From NCBI RefSeq assembly GCF_026571515.1, contig NW_026854820.1:1-63873 (forward strand): 63,873 bases of DNA. The letters run 5' to 3'. The position numbers and the translations under genes are program-made. Shown piece by piece: positions 37,218 through 50,368 of this stretch (positions are counted from its first letter, which is position 1; every line of letters begins with the position of its first letter). Under the pieces are notes generated by a model. It was not told the origin of the DNA, did not search any database, and saw nothing but the letters and a program-made list of their open reading frames with translations. Origin of the DNA: Ruditapes philippinarum (taxonomy: Eukaryota).

Positions 37218-38202
37218 ATTTGGGTTTTTTTTTAAACAAGATAAACAAACTCAATAAAATATTGTTAAGGTATTAAGTATTTAATGTATCAATTTGTTTT
37301 AGTAAATTATTAGGTCTTCATGGTAGTGTCCTTCCATCTTCATTATCATCTATAAATTTTTGTCTAAGTACCATTTCACATCATAGTAATAAATTAAGTA
37401 TTTGTAAATATTTTTTTAAAACTTCTAGTCAGTCATAGTCATGTCTACATTTGTCTTATATTCAATATACAGGGTTGTGTCCGTCCGAGTAAAATATGTT
37501 ATTCAATGCAATTTAATTCCGTCCAAATACATACATAAAAACAATATCATTAATTGTCATACTATTTGAATTATACTTGAAATTGTTTGTAAATTAAACA
37601 ATTTTTTATGTTAGTATTAATTCTAGTCTATTCTCTAGTCATGTATAGAAGTCAAGTATTTGTTGTGATAAAATTTATTCTTTTTTCATGTAAAGTAGTT
37701 ATCAGTTATTGAATGACCTGGTTGTCTTTCCATTGTATGCGAATAGTGTAAAAAGTAATAAGTCAATTGTTGGATGTCTTTTCAAACTTTTCCTCAAGTT
37801 GTTGTTTTATTTTAAGTCCTAATGTTCTTCCATATTCTTCTTGTCTTTAAAGTAGTTGTAAGTCATTTCAATGACATAAGTAATGCATTACTAGTAAAAG
37901 GAATCACATATTAAATTTTCAGTCTTCATGAACTATTTTTTTTGTACATGTAATCTTCAAAATATCGTTTGTTTATAATATCCATAATAGAAGTATTGTT
38001 AACAAACAAATCAATTAAACAAGAACTTTTATAGATATTAAATTGTTGTTGTATAAATGCTATATGTAAATGGCTTAAAACTAAGAGCATTAAAGTTAAT
38101 ATGTTCAAATTTCAATTACAACAATGTCTCTGGAATGTGATAGCACATTACTAATGTATCGTTAACAAAAATTGTGTTTAAACAAAAGGACGAAATTTGT
38201 TC

Positions 38203-38216
38203 AGGAGAGAGGGTAA
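38203..38216 (+). promoter_or_regulatory. Polypurine tract
   Basis: aggagagagggtaa directly before the 3' LTR. Confidence 0.85.
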
Positions 38217-39544
38217 TGTGAGGTTAGGTAATTTTTTTAAATTACATAAGCTTCTTACTTAGTTAACATAATGATAATGGTAATTAAGTATTACTAGCAC
38301 CATGGATAATTGCCATAATTATTGTTCCATTTTTACTTACATTTATTGAGGTCAATATCACATGTGTACATGTATAATTTAAGAAATCATAACACGAGAG
38401 ATGATATTTACATAAATACTTATTGTCATGCCTTAATACTTCACAAATTGTTAGAAAAAATACCTGTTTCTACTAAGCTCATCGTTAATTTTATTCATCT
38501 TCACTTCTTTGTTATGAAATACGAGTTTATGTTATAAAATTTCTCAATTTCCTAGTCCATGTCCGCCATTTTGTCATACTTCCGGTTTCCGGTTTAGTTC
38601 TATTTATAATCTCAACTCGAGGTCAGATTCATGTAAATGATTTCGGAGGCAAAGTTGATAAATAGATTAAATGTTATGTATTATTTATTGATTTAAATTG
38701 TATATTTGTTCTTATAATGAAATATTATGACATATTTATTTTCTATTGTAACCTCGAACCACCTAATTTGCATACCAAAATATGTTGGTACTCATTTGCA
38801 TACCCAAAGCTGATACCAGCGTTCGAATACCAAAAAAATCACTTTGCCTCTGTCCTTACAGTAGAGTGGACGTACACATTTTTGTCTCATCCAAATCTTT
38901 CATAAATTCTAATAAAAGTTTCATTCATTACTAAATTTCATCTTGAAAAGGTATCTTGTAATAGATTATTTTGAACTTGTAACCGGAAGTTCAGTATCGG
39001 TAACGATTTTGTTTACAAACTGTCAAAATTCTGACTTAGTCTTTTTGGGCACATATTTCGATATTTCGTACATTTGACGGCGCTTTTAGTTATAGATAAT
39101 CGATCTGACCTCGAGCTATTATAGTTTTTCACATTTATGCCATTTATTTATGCTGAAATCGTTACAGTATTTATTGATTCATGCATTTGGTCTGAATCCC
39201 AGCCACGGTTATTGTTAAGGCCCATTACAAAAAGAAATCATAATTTAAACCGAAAGGAATGGCTTTGTCCTGAATTTAGTTAGTTTTCCATGTGTTATTT
39301 TTAATTGGCCGCTACCAGGCTTGTTGTTTACGCTACCAGTAAACTGTTTAATTACTTATTTACGTTAATACTGATAAACTTTAGCAATTTATTTGAATAA
39401 TTGCTGATGAAGTACCCTTGCATTTTGAAGTAAAAAGTACCCATTTACACAACCTGACTATAAAATCTGAGAAAAACTTGGTTAAGAGAGTAAAACAGGT
39501 GATAGTCGAGAGAAAAGTCATACACACGATACAGGGGCGCTACA
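38217..39544 (+). repeat. 3' LTR (1328 bp)
   Basis: Matches the 5' LTR plus a 32-bp segment (39337-39368) and 5 homopolymer indels. Confidence 0.96.
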
Positions 39545-39973
39545 ATATTTTGAGTTCAAACTGACCATGGCCACATCTATTTGACTCTCAGGCAGTGTAA
39601 AGAGACAGGTGAGTCATTACCTCTTGTATGTTTTAACCTTTAACCTGCATTAGCAGAAAGTGATTAACCGTTGCCAGCAGTATAGAGCTAGACCAGCCTG
39701 CACATCTGCGTAGTTTGATCGGGTTCTATACCGTTAGCCATCTCACTTTTTGTAGTTGTATTAAAATCCCATAATTTTTAAATGGGCAGTTCAAAATAAT
39801 AGGATAAGTCTACAACACAAATTCAGCAGAAGAAAGGGTAAGGTGGGTAAAAAAAACATACATATTGATAATAAAATTATCATATATTTATAATGCAATC
39901 AGCTGTGTAATAACGTAAGAGGCTACTGTAGATTACAGTTTACAAACTATTACATGATATTGTGTTATTTTAG

Positions 39974-40235
39974 TAACGGAGCTCTTGACCCCTGGTCATC
40001 GGGTGGCGAAACCACAAGTCCATCTTCTTCCATTGTGCCATTGTTGATAGAGTCTGGTGCGCACCATCTAGATTTACGAGCAGCAAATCCTCTTGACCCA
40101 CCCTCTGTTTTAGATGCTCGGCAGTCGGAAAAAAATCTTCTAAAGATGTGGTTAGGTCAAGTGCAAGAGGATAAGTCACCACAAGGGGGTGGTGTATATA
40201 ATATATTTGCCTCTGAGAAATACACCATTCCATAA
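39974..40235 (+). pseudogene. PRCP: PRCP last exon, copy 3 (open frame, but partner donor damaged)
   Basis: ttttag acceptor; NGALDPWSSGG...AHHLDLR...EKYTIP*. Confidence 0.85.
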
Positions 40236-40599
40236 TCAGTTTCTACTATATTGTCTCCACAAAACATCACTACAGGTGTTCTAGTTATGTGTGTCTGTTA
40301 TTATTATCATTAATTATTTCATGTAATACTGTAATTCTACCTGAAAGACATTGAATATTACACTTTATTTCCTACGTCTTCTATAATTACTAATAAGTGA
40401 AGTATTTTCTATGTTTTAAAACTTAAGATCTGGAAGTAAAATTTAAGTAATGATATTCTCCAATAAAAGCCCCTCTCTCCTATCCTTTTAGACAAAGGCA
40501 AAGAAAACCATTTATAAGTAGTTTTTAAGACATCCAAGGTAATCAACACAAAGTTTAATACTGCATCTTTGCATTATATGTAACATAGTGAACAATAGA

Positions 40600-41493
40600 T
40601 TTTTAGCTCACCTGTCACAAAGTGACATGGTGAGCTTTTGTGATCGCTTTTCGTCCGGCGTCCGTCCGTCCGTAAACTTTTACTTTAAACGACATCTCCT
40701 CATAAACCACTAAGCCAATTCATCTAAACTTCACAAGAATGTTCCTTTGGTAGTCAACTTTAAAAATTGTTCAAAGAATTTTATTCCAAGCAGAACTCTG
40801 GTTGCCATGGCAACTGAAAGAAAAAACTTAAAATATCTTCTTCTAGAAAACCGTAAGATCTAGAGCTTAAATATTTGGCATGAAACATCATCTAGGCAGT
40901 GTCTACCAAGTTTGTTAAAATAAATGCCCTGGGGTCAAAATTGGCCCCGCCTCGGGGGTCATTGATTTTCTTATTAACTTAAAAAAATCTTCTTTTAAAA
41001 ACCCCAAATAGCTAGAGCTTAGCTATTAAGCATGAAACATCTTCTAGTGGGTGTCTACCAAATTTGTTCAAATAAAAGCCCTGGGGTCAAAATTGGCCCC
41101 ACCCCAGGGGATCATTGGTTTTCCCTTTATGTATATAGTAAAAACTATAGTAAAAATCTTCTTTTAAAAAACCTTTAGAGCTAGAGCTAAGATATTTAGC
41201 TTGAAATATCTTCTAATAGGTGTCTACCATTTTTGTTCAAATAAGGGCCCTGGGGTTAAAATTGGCCCCATCCCGGGGATCATTGATTTTCCTTTTGATG
41301 TATATAGTAAAAACTTAAAAACTCTTCTGTAAAAAAAACCCCAAAGAGCTAGAGTTTAGATATTAAGCATGAATTATCTTCTAGTGAGTGTCTACCATGT
41401 TTGTTCAAATAAAAGCCCCTGGGTTAAAATTTGCCCTGCCGCGGGGGCCTATATACAGGTGAGCGATTTGAGGGCCATCATGGCCCTTTTGTT
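40600..41493 (+). mobile_element. HINE/DTC84-like element with ~160-bp internal repeats (BIV160-like)
   Basis: subTIR gctcacctg / caggtgagc; GTCC microsatellite; ccctggggtcaaaattggcccc x4; 3' hairpin agggccatcatggccct; empty site in paralogs (~7070, ~19256). Confidence 0.88.
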
Positions 41494-43489
41494 TTAATTT
41501 TTAACCCTTTTTGTACTTTTATTAACTCCCACTTGATTTGAATACCAGCACAACAGATGTCGCAGTTCCCATTACCCCCCATTAATAGACCTCATGAGCA
41601 GACTCCACAAAACCTGAGTATGAGATTTTCTACTGCATTTGTATTTGTTTTGATTGTTCTTTCCCAAAGGGTCACCTGTTTTTGGAAATTATGATATCAA
41701 TATTTATGTCCTGACCTCTGTTAAGTTTATATGTTTTAAATATAAGTTATATAATGGTATCTTATAAGGTTAATAATCAAAGGGAAGTAAGCAAGCTAGG
41801 AGCAATATTTGTTATTTGTTATGATTATTGCCCCTGGTGTATTTTGATAAAATGTGCTGCAAATGAAGAGCAGAAATCATATTTTTTTTCTTTTATCAAG
41901 GGTATTTGGCTATTGACTCACCCAATATACCCTAGGAACCCTTTGATCATTAAATATGAGATACATGTTTAGTAATAAGCCACTTTATTTGTCAGTAACT
42001 ATGCCTGATTTATTGTGTACAGTACTGTTTTGATATTAATATGTATACGAGTTAAAAACTGCTAATTATTTCAGCCGACTCAGGGATGATTTCTTCATGA
42101 ATAATTGAAATTTTAGGAAGTTTAGTACTTTACTATTGCTTTGATAATAAAGATAAATAAAGATATATTTAATATAATAAATTTTAGATGCACTTTTTAT
42201 TATTTATTTTAATTATGAAAAAGTGATGTATGGAATTACATACTGTTTAATCCTAAAACATGGATGAAATAAACTATTTACTGATTTTATTTGTGTTTTT
42301 TTATTTTCACAGGAACATTTATGAGAACATTTAAAAAAAATGAATATTTTGTTTTGTAAGAAATTAGAAAATTTTGTTTAAGGTATGTTGGTTTTGATAC
42401 AATTAAAATTTAAGATATACTTCATATTAAACAGGTTGAAAAAATCCCAGTGTCCCGGCGTCCTGATATTGGTTATATCAGACTTGAATGATTACAAATC
42501 TTTAAGTATATTTTTCAACAATAAGGGCATTTCCATAGTAGCTGCAAAATGTTTATCCATCTTTTTATTAAAAGTAGTACCTATATCCATGTAAAAACGA
42601 AGTGTGAGTGTTTAGTACTTATTTCCATTTAACAAAGGATATAGTTCGTATTAATCACGGCATATATCCAAAATGCAGGCATGTGAAAAATAACGCAGAA
42701 ATTTGTGCAAAAAGAAATACAGAGTTGTGCATTTCGGTGTTGCGTAATGAGAAACATTACTTTTATTCTATTATTATCGTATATAGGGCTGCTAAAATAT
42801 TAAATTTTAAATTGTTTACATGTATTTCCCTTTCAATAATAACATTCGTGAGCAAGGGTATTGAAAGAAAATCTTTGATACTCGTACTCCCTGGTTACTG
42901 ATTAGTAACTGGGAAAAATAACGCATATAATTTATATTCTGATAAAACTGAAATAAAGTAGATCACATATATGACAGAGGTACTTTTTATGCGGTTATGT
43001 TGATTTCATGAATGAATATCGAATTAATAGTGTTTACATGACGTCATTCTCATTGTCAGCTAAATAAAAATTGGCGCAGGAAATTCTTAGAGTTCAATTA
43101 AATATATGCACGATAACTGGAGAAACTGAATTGAACACTTTTCGTAAAATTGATTCATATTTTTTTTATTGAAAATTTAATGCCAATTTTTCTGCTTTTT
43201 AAAATTCCCCAGAATGCGTCTTTTCATTTTTCATTTTTCAATTCCCCCCAGAAGACGTCTCCCTCCCACAATTGCATCAGTCAGCGCGCAAGCATAGAAA
43301 ATTGGGTTATGGACCTCAAAACGCCTTTAAAATCCATATTAAATGGGTATTTGTCAATCCGAACACATGTACATATCATAGATATATGAACAGAGAATGT
43401 TTTAAAATATACAAAAATCGTGGTGATTATTTCAACAGTGGCTCAGTCAGGTAATTTAATCAAACTTTGGTAAATTGATACTTTAAAAA

Positions 43490-44690
43490 TTACCATAGTA
43501 AGTAAGAAACATTATTTAATGAACTTACCCATTTTGTTTCACGATCATCGACGTGGGTCCTTGCATTAACACACAATGTAACATAATTATAATACAGTCA
43601 ACATTTAAACAACATCAATAAACAATATATCATATCTTGTAATGGGTGAATAGTTTGTTCTGTGGTCCTCATTACAGTGTAATTTATTTTATTTTACCGT
43701 ACAAATCATACCAATATTCAAGACAGACATTTCAAATATAATAACTAAAACCATGCACCAAATTTGCGTTTGATAGCTGTTTGGTAATCACATACACGCG
43801 ATATTTCCAGCCACTCATATAAGGGGAGTTAGCTTTAACAAGCAGGAGATATGGACCAAAAATAAAGGGATATTTAGGGAGACACTACTTCAGATGATGT
43901 GCTTATAGGTAATACGAAGAGTATCATAAAGTTATGTTTTGCTGGTAAAGGTGATGTATAAATTTTTGTCTGTTGGATTTTTGAAAACCACCGGAATTCA
44001 ATCCTATGGTAGGAGATTGGGAGACAAGGCCGAAAATCTGGGAATTTTGTTCCCTGAGGGGTGGGTTCGGGATATGACATGTATGGGTAATGTTGCCATG
44101 TCACATTATAGATTGTTAGCCTCTGATGTCATATAAAGTTTTATTGTAAATAAATCATATAAGGTATAATAAAATGAATTTACAGTGATGTAAACTAAAT
44201 ATATAATGAAAGTAATACTTTATTATTATATTATTTTATTATTTACATGTACATGTATATTAATTATTATATTATACAGGTGAATGTAGTAATTTTCTTA
44301 GCACAACATTCAATATATGTAAACCACTAGCTCTGATGTGGACAATTTTAAAGCCTGGCTGACTAATGCCTGGACTGACCTGTCCATGGTCAACTATCCA
44401 TACCCTGCTAATTTCCTTGAACCTCTTCCAGCATGGCCAGTTAAGGTGAGTAGTTCTATAATAATAGCACTTCATGTATTTAAATGCTCGTTTTGTTTTC
44501 AAACCCACTTAGTGGATATTAAATTACAGTAGGTTTAATACTCAATTTGTTGAAAGTGTTGAATGATATTGTTTTCTTCAATTATGTCAATAAATTTAGT
44601 AATGAATCTACATGAATGCAGTATGAGATTCTATTGTGGACCTTTTTGAACTTAGAAAAATTCTACATCATCCAGACTTTTGTTTCACTC
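43490..44690 (+). repeat. Duplicated block containing an upstream PRCP exon (paralog 54799-55957)
   Basis: accatagtaagtaag...catccagactttt colinear in both copies. Confidence 0.9.
44280..44445 (+). pseudogene. PRCP: PRCP internal exon (LSMVNYPYPANFLEPLPAWPVK), 7-nt deletion
   Basis: cag acceptor, gtgagt donor; matches PRCP LAMVDYPYASNFLQPLPAWPIK; cacacag missing at 44330 relative to 55591. Confidence 0.88.
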
Positions 44691-44739
44691 TCATTGTCAC
44701 ATTATATGTCGTCACAAAAACTTTTGACAGAGATGAGGG

Positions 44740-46560
44740 CATTATAGATATGAATATAGGAGATATGCTCCTGGTCGATATATCTCTAGTAACCCTGACC
44801 TTGCAAATATTAACCTAAATTACACTTGTAGTGATAATAGTTATCATTTGTGTTATAATCCATCAATAAATGATGACTAAATGGTCCCCGTTCACAAACT
44901 TTGGCCTCTCTATGTGACCTTGACTTTGGTAGTTTGGACCTGAATTATGTGCGAGATAAGCCTCACAATGGTGAACATTTGTACCAAGTTACATTAAAAT
45001 CCCGCATTCTAACACGATCCGCATTTTTCCCTATTGAACATAGAATAACCGAAAGTGTGTGTTATTATGCAACAGAGTCACAGTTTGACGTTCTATATTT
45101 AGACATGTGACGTAATCATTATACACGTGACGCAACCACAAAAAAATCCAACGTGCTGAAAATAAGTTCGGAAACAAATCAGGCGCAATTTTGCTTAATA
45201 TCAGGAAAGGCAGCATTTATTTGTTGATGTCGTGTTAGAATCGAAATAATATATCCAAATCGGTGATTTTATCGCTTTATAACATCACTGTTTCTCGTTC
45301 GGATGCGCATCATTATATCACTCGGGCTACGCCCTCGTGATATAATTCCTCGTATCCGAACTCCAAACAGTGATGTTATTGAGCGATAAAATCACTGTTT
45401 GGGATATATTATTTCTTAAATGAATGAAGAAGTTCGGCTCCGAACAAGCATTTTTCAATGAACTTTTAGTGTAACCTAAACTTTAACCCAGAGACCTGGT
45501 TCATGCACTTGACCCTGCTTCTCATAGTGGTGAACATTTCTATGATGTTTCATTAGAATCCGATCATGCATGGAAGAGATATGATCTGGACAAAATGTCA
45601 ATATTTAATCATCTTAAGTGACCTTGACCTTGCATAAATTACATGTTTTACACCAGTAGTTATGATAATGACCATTTGTGTTTCAATCCTTCAATAAATA
45701 ATTACTAAATGGTCTGAATACACATTTTCATATTTTTATCTGAACTTTGACCCTATGTGTGACCTTGACCTTGGCCTCAGAGACCTAAATTTTGCATGTA
45801 ACACTCAGCCTTACAATGGTGAACATATATGCCAAGTTATATTGAAATCCCTTTATATGCATGTTGAAATTTTACTCTTGACAGACCTTTTTCAATGACC
45901 TCTAAGTGTGACCTTGACCTTTGAGCTAGAGACCTAGTTTATGCGCATGATACTGCTTCTTATAGTGATGGACATTTTTTATGAAGTTTCATTAGAATCC
46001 CATCATATGTGTAGGAGATATGCTCTGAACAAAATCTCCATATTTTATCATCTTTAGTGCCCTTGACATTCATATTAGGTGATCTTGATATTGCATTTAT
46101 TAACCTTAATTAAATGCTTCACACCAGTAGTTATGATAATGACCATCTGTATTTCAATTCCTCAATAAATGATTACTGAATTGTCCGAACACACATTTTC
46201 ATATTTTTATATGAAATTTGACCCCTGTGTGTGACCTTGACATTGGCGGCAGAGACCTCAATTTTGCATGTGACACTGCGCCTTACAATGGTGAACATAT
46301 GGGCCAAGTTATATTGAAATCCCTGTATGCATACAGAAGTTTTTCTATAGACAGGCGTTTTTCAATGACCTCTAAGAACGACCTTGATCTAGAGACCTGA
46401 TTCATGCTTATGTCATGGCATGTCATAGCGGTGAACATTTTTATGAAGTTTCATTAAAAGTCCCCCTCTGTGAAGGAGATATGCTCTGGACAAAGATCGG
46501 ACACCGCCTGTCCGCCAGGGTGGAACTATAATACGAACAGTTTTTCAAACAGGCATATGA
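44740..46560 (-). mobile_element. Decayed HINE-like element with GACCTTGACC-rich tandem repeats, containing a nested insertion (~45013-45418)
   Basis: Repeated gtgaccttgac / ggtgaacat / gccaagtt; terminal ataatacgaacagtttttcaaacaggcatatgaaaa. Confidence 0.6.
45243..45415. repeat. ~170-bp near-perfect hairpin with core cgggctacgccc
   Basis: gaaataatatatcc..cggtgattttatcgct..ataacatcactgttt..gttcggatgcg pairs with cgtatccgaac..aaacagtgatgttat..agcgataaaatcactg..ggatatattatttc. Confidence 0.9.
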
Positions 46561-48697
46561 AAAAAAAAACAAACAAAAAAAAACAACATGACATTAAAAT
46601 ACAAAATATCCAAGTTAAATGTAGTTGTATAATCTCACTTCTAGTTTTCGGTTGGAGGAGCGGTGGTGAGGGAAAAAAAGAATATATACAAGTTAAAATG
46701 GTTTCCTTTGGGGAAAATTTGTAATAATTTAAAGATATTTCATTTAATTCTTTTCAAAATTGTTAAAAAAAAACACAAAAAAAACCCCCAGCCAAAAACA
46801 ATTTATTGTTCAGCACGACATTATTGTTGTGCTTGTTGTATTTTTAGTGTCAACTTTTCGGCATTTTCTAGTTGGGTGGTTCCAATATTCCTACTTGAAT
46901 AATGTTGGATCACCCTTAGGATATGTTGCCTGCTTTTTAAATTTGTCTTTTGACGTCTTATTTGTGATACGCAGGCTTCATAACTTCTGATCCCCTTTCA
47001 AAATTCCATTTTATTTAGTTCCGCCCATTGTTTTCTCGTTTAGGGCACACGCTTTTTATCACTTGGGGACCATACGCCGCTTTTCATGGAATGGCACGGA
47101 AGTGTCACATTGAAGGTTCCATGATAACCGCCGTATGAACACATCTGCGGATGTTTCTGAATTCAAAATTTTACTATTTCATGTTTAAATGTTGAATTCT
47201 GCTTAAGCCGGTGCTAGGGGGGGGGGGGTGGACGCTAACTTGCACTTTCCAGTACCGTCCATGAACAGGCTCAATCAAACCGAGCCTGCAACATTTTCAA
47301 TTTTGCCGTGTTGGGTTTTCTTTAGGGATTCTGTATTTATCTATTTTGGGAATATAGTTGCCAAAATAGAAGAAGGTTTTGGGAGACCGATGACCTTTTG
47401 AGACCGGAAAGGACGATTAGTAGGTTGACCGTCTGTATCATTCATCAATTAATAACGATCTGTATGTTTTTGGTATTTTTTGGATTTAAGTGAAATAAAA
47501 CAATTATTTCTTTTTAAGAAAGTGATTTAATACCTTTGTTTGAATAATCCCATGAAAAAAGAATAAAGAATTAAAGAAAGTAAACACAATATATATACAT
47601 GTATATTATTATGGCAGATGCCACTACGAATGTTTTAATTCCATATATTTTCATTATATCAACAATTTATTTTTTGTAAAATTTGAGATTGATATTAAAA
47701 GAACATTGAAAAATTTCAAACACATAAGTTTTTCCACCTCAAACGGTCAAATAATGATAGAAAAATAGAAATAAGACGTTTAGTTATATGTACTTCTAAT
47801 TATGTGTAATTCTCCAGAGCTATATCCGTAACGTACCAGACTACGGCGTTTTGCTTGGTTTTCGAAAAAGTCAATATAGTCTGGTTACTGTCGTACTATA
47901 AAATTTATTACTATTGAACCGAGAGAAAAAGGCAGGTAATCCAGACTAATGTCAATAAACCAATCATTTACGGTTTACAGATCACATGCTCCTCCATATA
48001 CCGAAAAAAGGTCACGTGCTCCTCTATGCCTCTAAAATACCTGGAGCCCGCAGGGAATAAAGGTATTGCAGTGTTTAACTACTAATGTTATTCTAGTTCC
48101 AATGAAAATGATAATGTATAGAAATTGTCAATCGCACATATTTCAATGAACGGAGCGGTTTTGCGCAATTCATTACACCTTAATCAAACCAAGCCAAATG
48201 AAAGTGCACATTTTGCGGCTACAGCTGTTATTTGGCAGTCATTAGAACAAAGAAACGTACAGTTGTAAAGTCGAGACATGTGGAACAGATTAATAAATGT
48301 TGTAATATAAGCTAGAAATACTTATCAAATAGAAATTAGTGATGGTTACTAATAAAACATAAACAAATTTATATCATTATATGCAATATAAATTACCATT
48401 GTATGAGTTATTTCAAGTTTTTTCCCACTAATTATCAGAAAGAAGAAATCAACACAATAATATGTAAACATTATTTGAATATATATACATGCATATTTAA
48501 GAAAAAACATGGTCTTTTGTTATATGAAGTCAGTGTACATGTTTTATTCTTCATCAGTTAATACATGTTTAAGTTAATATTAATGTTCTCTGTATCATCA
48601 TGTACATAAGTCAATGTTTATGTTTTTATTCATCATGTGATAATATCTCAATGTTTATGTTTTTATTCATTATGTAGTAACAGTCAAAGTTGTTGTT

Positions 48698-50368
48698 TTA
48701 TTCATCATCAGAGTCTTCTTCAATGGTGGAAAAGAAACATGTAAATGACTTCGATATTCCTTCAGAATTCTTAGTAAATATAAATGCAAATTTTTCATCA
48801 ATGTCAATTTCACCAGAAGATAAATCAATTATTGATGTCCTTAATTTTTCGAAGTCTGAAGTTGCGATCTTGTCGTTATTTATCCTAACTGTTAGAGGCA
48901 TTTTCCAATCTTCCTTTCTGAAGACATTTTGCACTTTCCCATCAGTTGCCATAGTTACAATGCAGCTTGCTTTTCTGTCAGAAAAACAGATCAGTTGCTT
49001 TTCATCATGGAAGGATATATAAGCTGGTTGTTGGAACAACTGCTCACCTGCTTGATATTTTGTATCACATTTAATTATTGTTCCTGTTGTATTCAGGGTT
49101 AAAACTTGTGCAGGTTTACTGCATGCCACATACAGCTTGTCCTCTGCAAAGTGTATTCCCTCACATCTAGCACCAACGCTGATTTCGTGGTCCTCTATAA
49201 TTTCTTCATCTTCAACAGACATGAATATGATTTTGTTTTCATTTGGCAATGTTAATGCAAACTGGTCTTCATCAATAGCTGTAATATCCCATGGACATGA
49301 TGTTAATTCTTTCTCTGTAACCAATGTTTCTTCATCTACTGCATACAGCCTTATACGATTGTAAATTGTATCTAGCATGATTACATTTTCATCTGATATT
49401 GGGCATCCTCTTGGCATCCCGTATTCAGGATAGTTTCCATAGAAACTCTTCAGATCGTCTTCTGATACTGTTTCCCCTTGTACATACAGTTCACCAAGAG
49501 CATTCACATTTTTCAGCATACTGGTCAGGAACTTGTTTGGAATAAAACAATATTTGTCCACTTTGTTTATTTTTTGTATATCTGCTACTTTTTCTTCGAG
49601 AGTTTTCAGTTTTTCTTGATTTTTCTTCAATGAAATGAATAGCTGTTTGCTTTGTTTTGTTTCCTGTAGTATTTGAAAATCTTCTTTCATATCATCTAGA
49701 ACATTTTTTGTATTATTGGCTGAATCTTCGACTTCTTTCAGTTTTCTAGCTTCATTGTTCTCTTTTTCCTCAGCTTCTTTTTCAAGTTCCTGCTTCTGCA
49801 ACTCAAACTGCATGTTGATTTTCTGCTGTAACTTTTTGATTTCATAAAGAGCTCTTTCTCTGCAAGATCTACTTATTGCTATATTTGCTCTTGCAGTTTT
49901 TATCTGGTCTTCTAGGTTGGTCTTGGTTGTCTCCATTCTTGTACAGAATTCTTTGTATGCAGGTGATAGTTCCACGTCCTTAGCTATATCTGTGAGGGTG
50001 CAGATTTCAAGGCATGGTTTGTGGTGTATGATCATACAAGAGTTGCAGCCAACTGTCTCATGTGTTTTACAGTAATATTTAATCATCTCTCCCTCATGAT
50101 GTGAACAGGTTTGAGAGAGACTTTCATCAACCTTTCTCTTTGGCATTTCTGACTTCCATAGCAATTTGTGATGTTTCATCGGTTTAGGAAGGCAATGATA
50201 CTTGAAGCATTGATCACAAAGGTAATGCTGACATTCCACACAGAATCCTTCTGCTTCCTTTTTATCTCCATCTTGGTAACAAGGGTCACAAAATAAAAAG
50301 GCACTTGTTACTTCCTTGTTTGGTTGATTTGTAAAGTCTGTAAGTTTACCAGGTACACTGTCAGCCAT
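48698..50368 (-). CDS. RING-less TRIM-like protein paralog, 556 aa, single-exon CDS
   Basis: Same B-box1/B-box2/coiled-coil/propeller layout as 12144-13793; N-terminal ~150 aa nearly identical. Confidence 0.9.
   Translation of the reverse strand: MADSVPGKLTDFTNQPNKEVTSAFLFCDPCYQDGDKKEAEGFCVECQHYLCDQCFKYHCLPKPMKHHKLLWKSEMPKRKVDESLSQTCSHHEGEMIKYYCKTHETVGCNSCMIIHHKPCLEICTLTDIAKDVELSPAYKEFCTRMETTKTNLEDQIKTARANIAISRSCRERALYEIKKLQQKINMQFELQKQELEKEAEEKENNEARKLKEVEDSANNTKNVLDDMKEDFQILQETKQSKQLFISLKKNQEKLKTLEEKVADIQKINKVDKYCFIPNKFLTSMLKNVNALGELYVQGETVSEDDLKSFYGNYPEYGMPRGCPISDENVIMLDTIYNRIRLYAVDEETLVTEKELTSCPWDITAIDEDQFALTLPNENKIIFMSVEDEEIIEDHEISVGARCEGIHFAEDKLYVACSKPAQVLTLNTTGTIIKCDTKYQAGEQLFQQPAYISFHDEKQLICFSDRKASCIVTMATDGKVQNVFRKEDWKMPLTVRINNDKIATSDFEKLRTSIIDLSSGEIDIDEKFAFIFTKNSEGISKSFTCFFSTIEEDSDDE

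Larger units (their letters stand above)
27792..39544 (+). mobile_element. Full-length Ty3/Gypsy LTR retrotransposon (11,753 bp) with an extra ORF3, inserted in a PRCP intron
   Basis: TG...CA LTRs; 4-bp TSD ATAT (27788-27791, 39545-39548); empty site aaaatattttgag in paralogs (~1874, ~18394, ~54416); PR-RT-RH-IN order. Confidence 0.97.
26969..43385 (+). repeat. Segmental duplication unit 3 (contains the Gypsy and HINE insertions; ends before the TRIM region)
   Basis: Colinear with units 1 and 2 from the penultimate PRCP exon to the equivalent of ~10900. Confidence 0.85.

Noticed and set aside
37300-38569. Antisense gene starting at aaaATGGCG in the 3' LTR
   Set aside because: Multiple stops in all frames examined; longest ORFs are only ~60 aa. 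It could only be rescued by a family consensus
47820-48030. ccagacta/tagtctgg inverted motifs and a gtcacgtg E-box/CLEAR-like site
   Set aside because: Too short, no clear TSD and no associated transcription start
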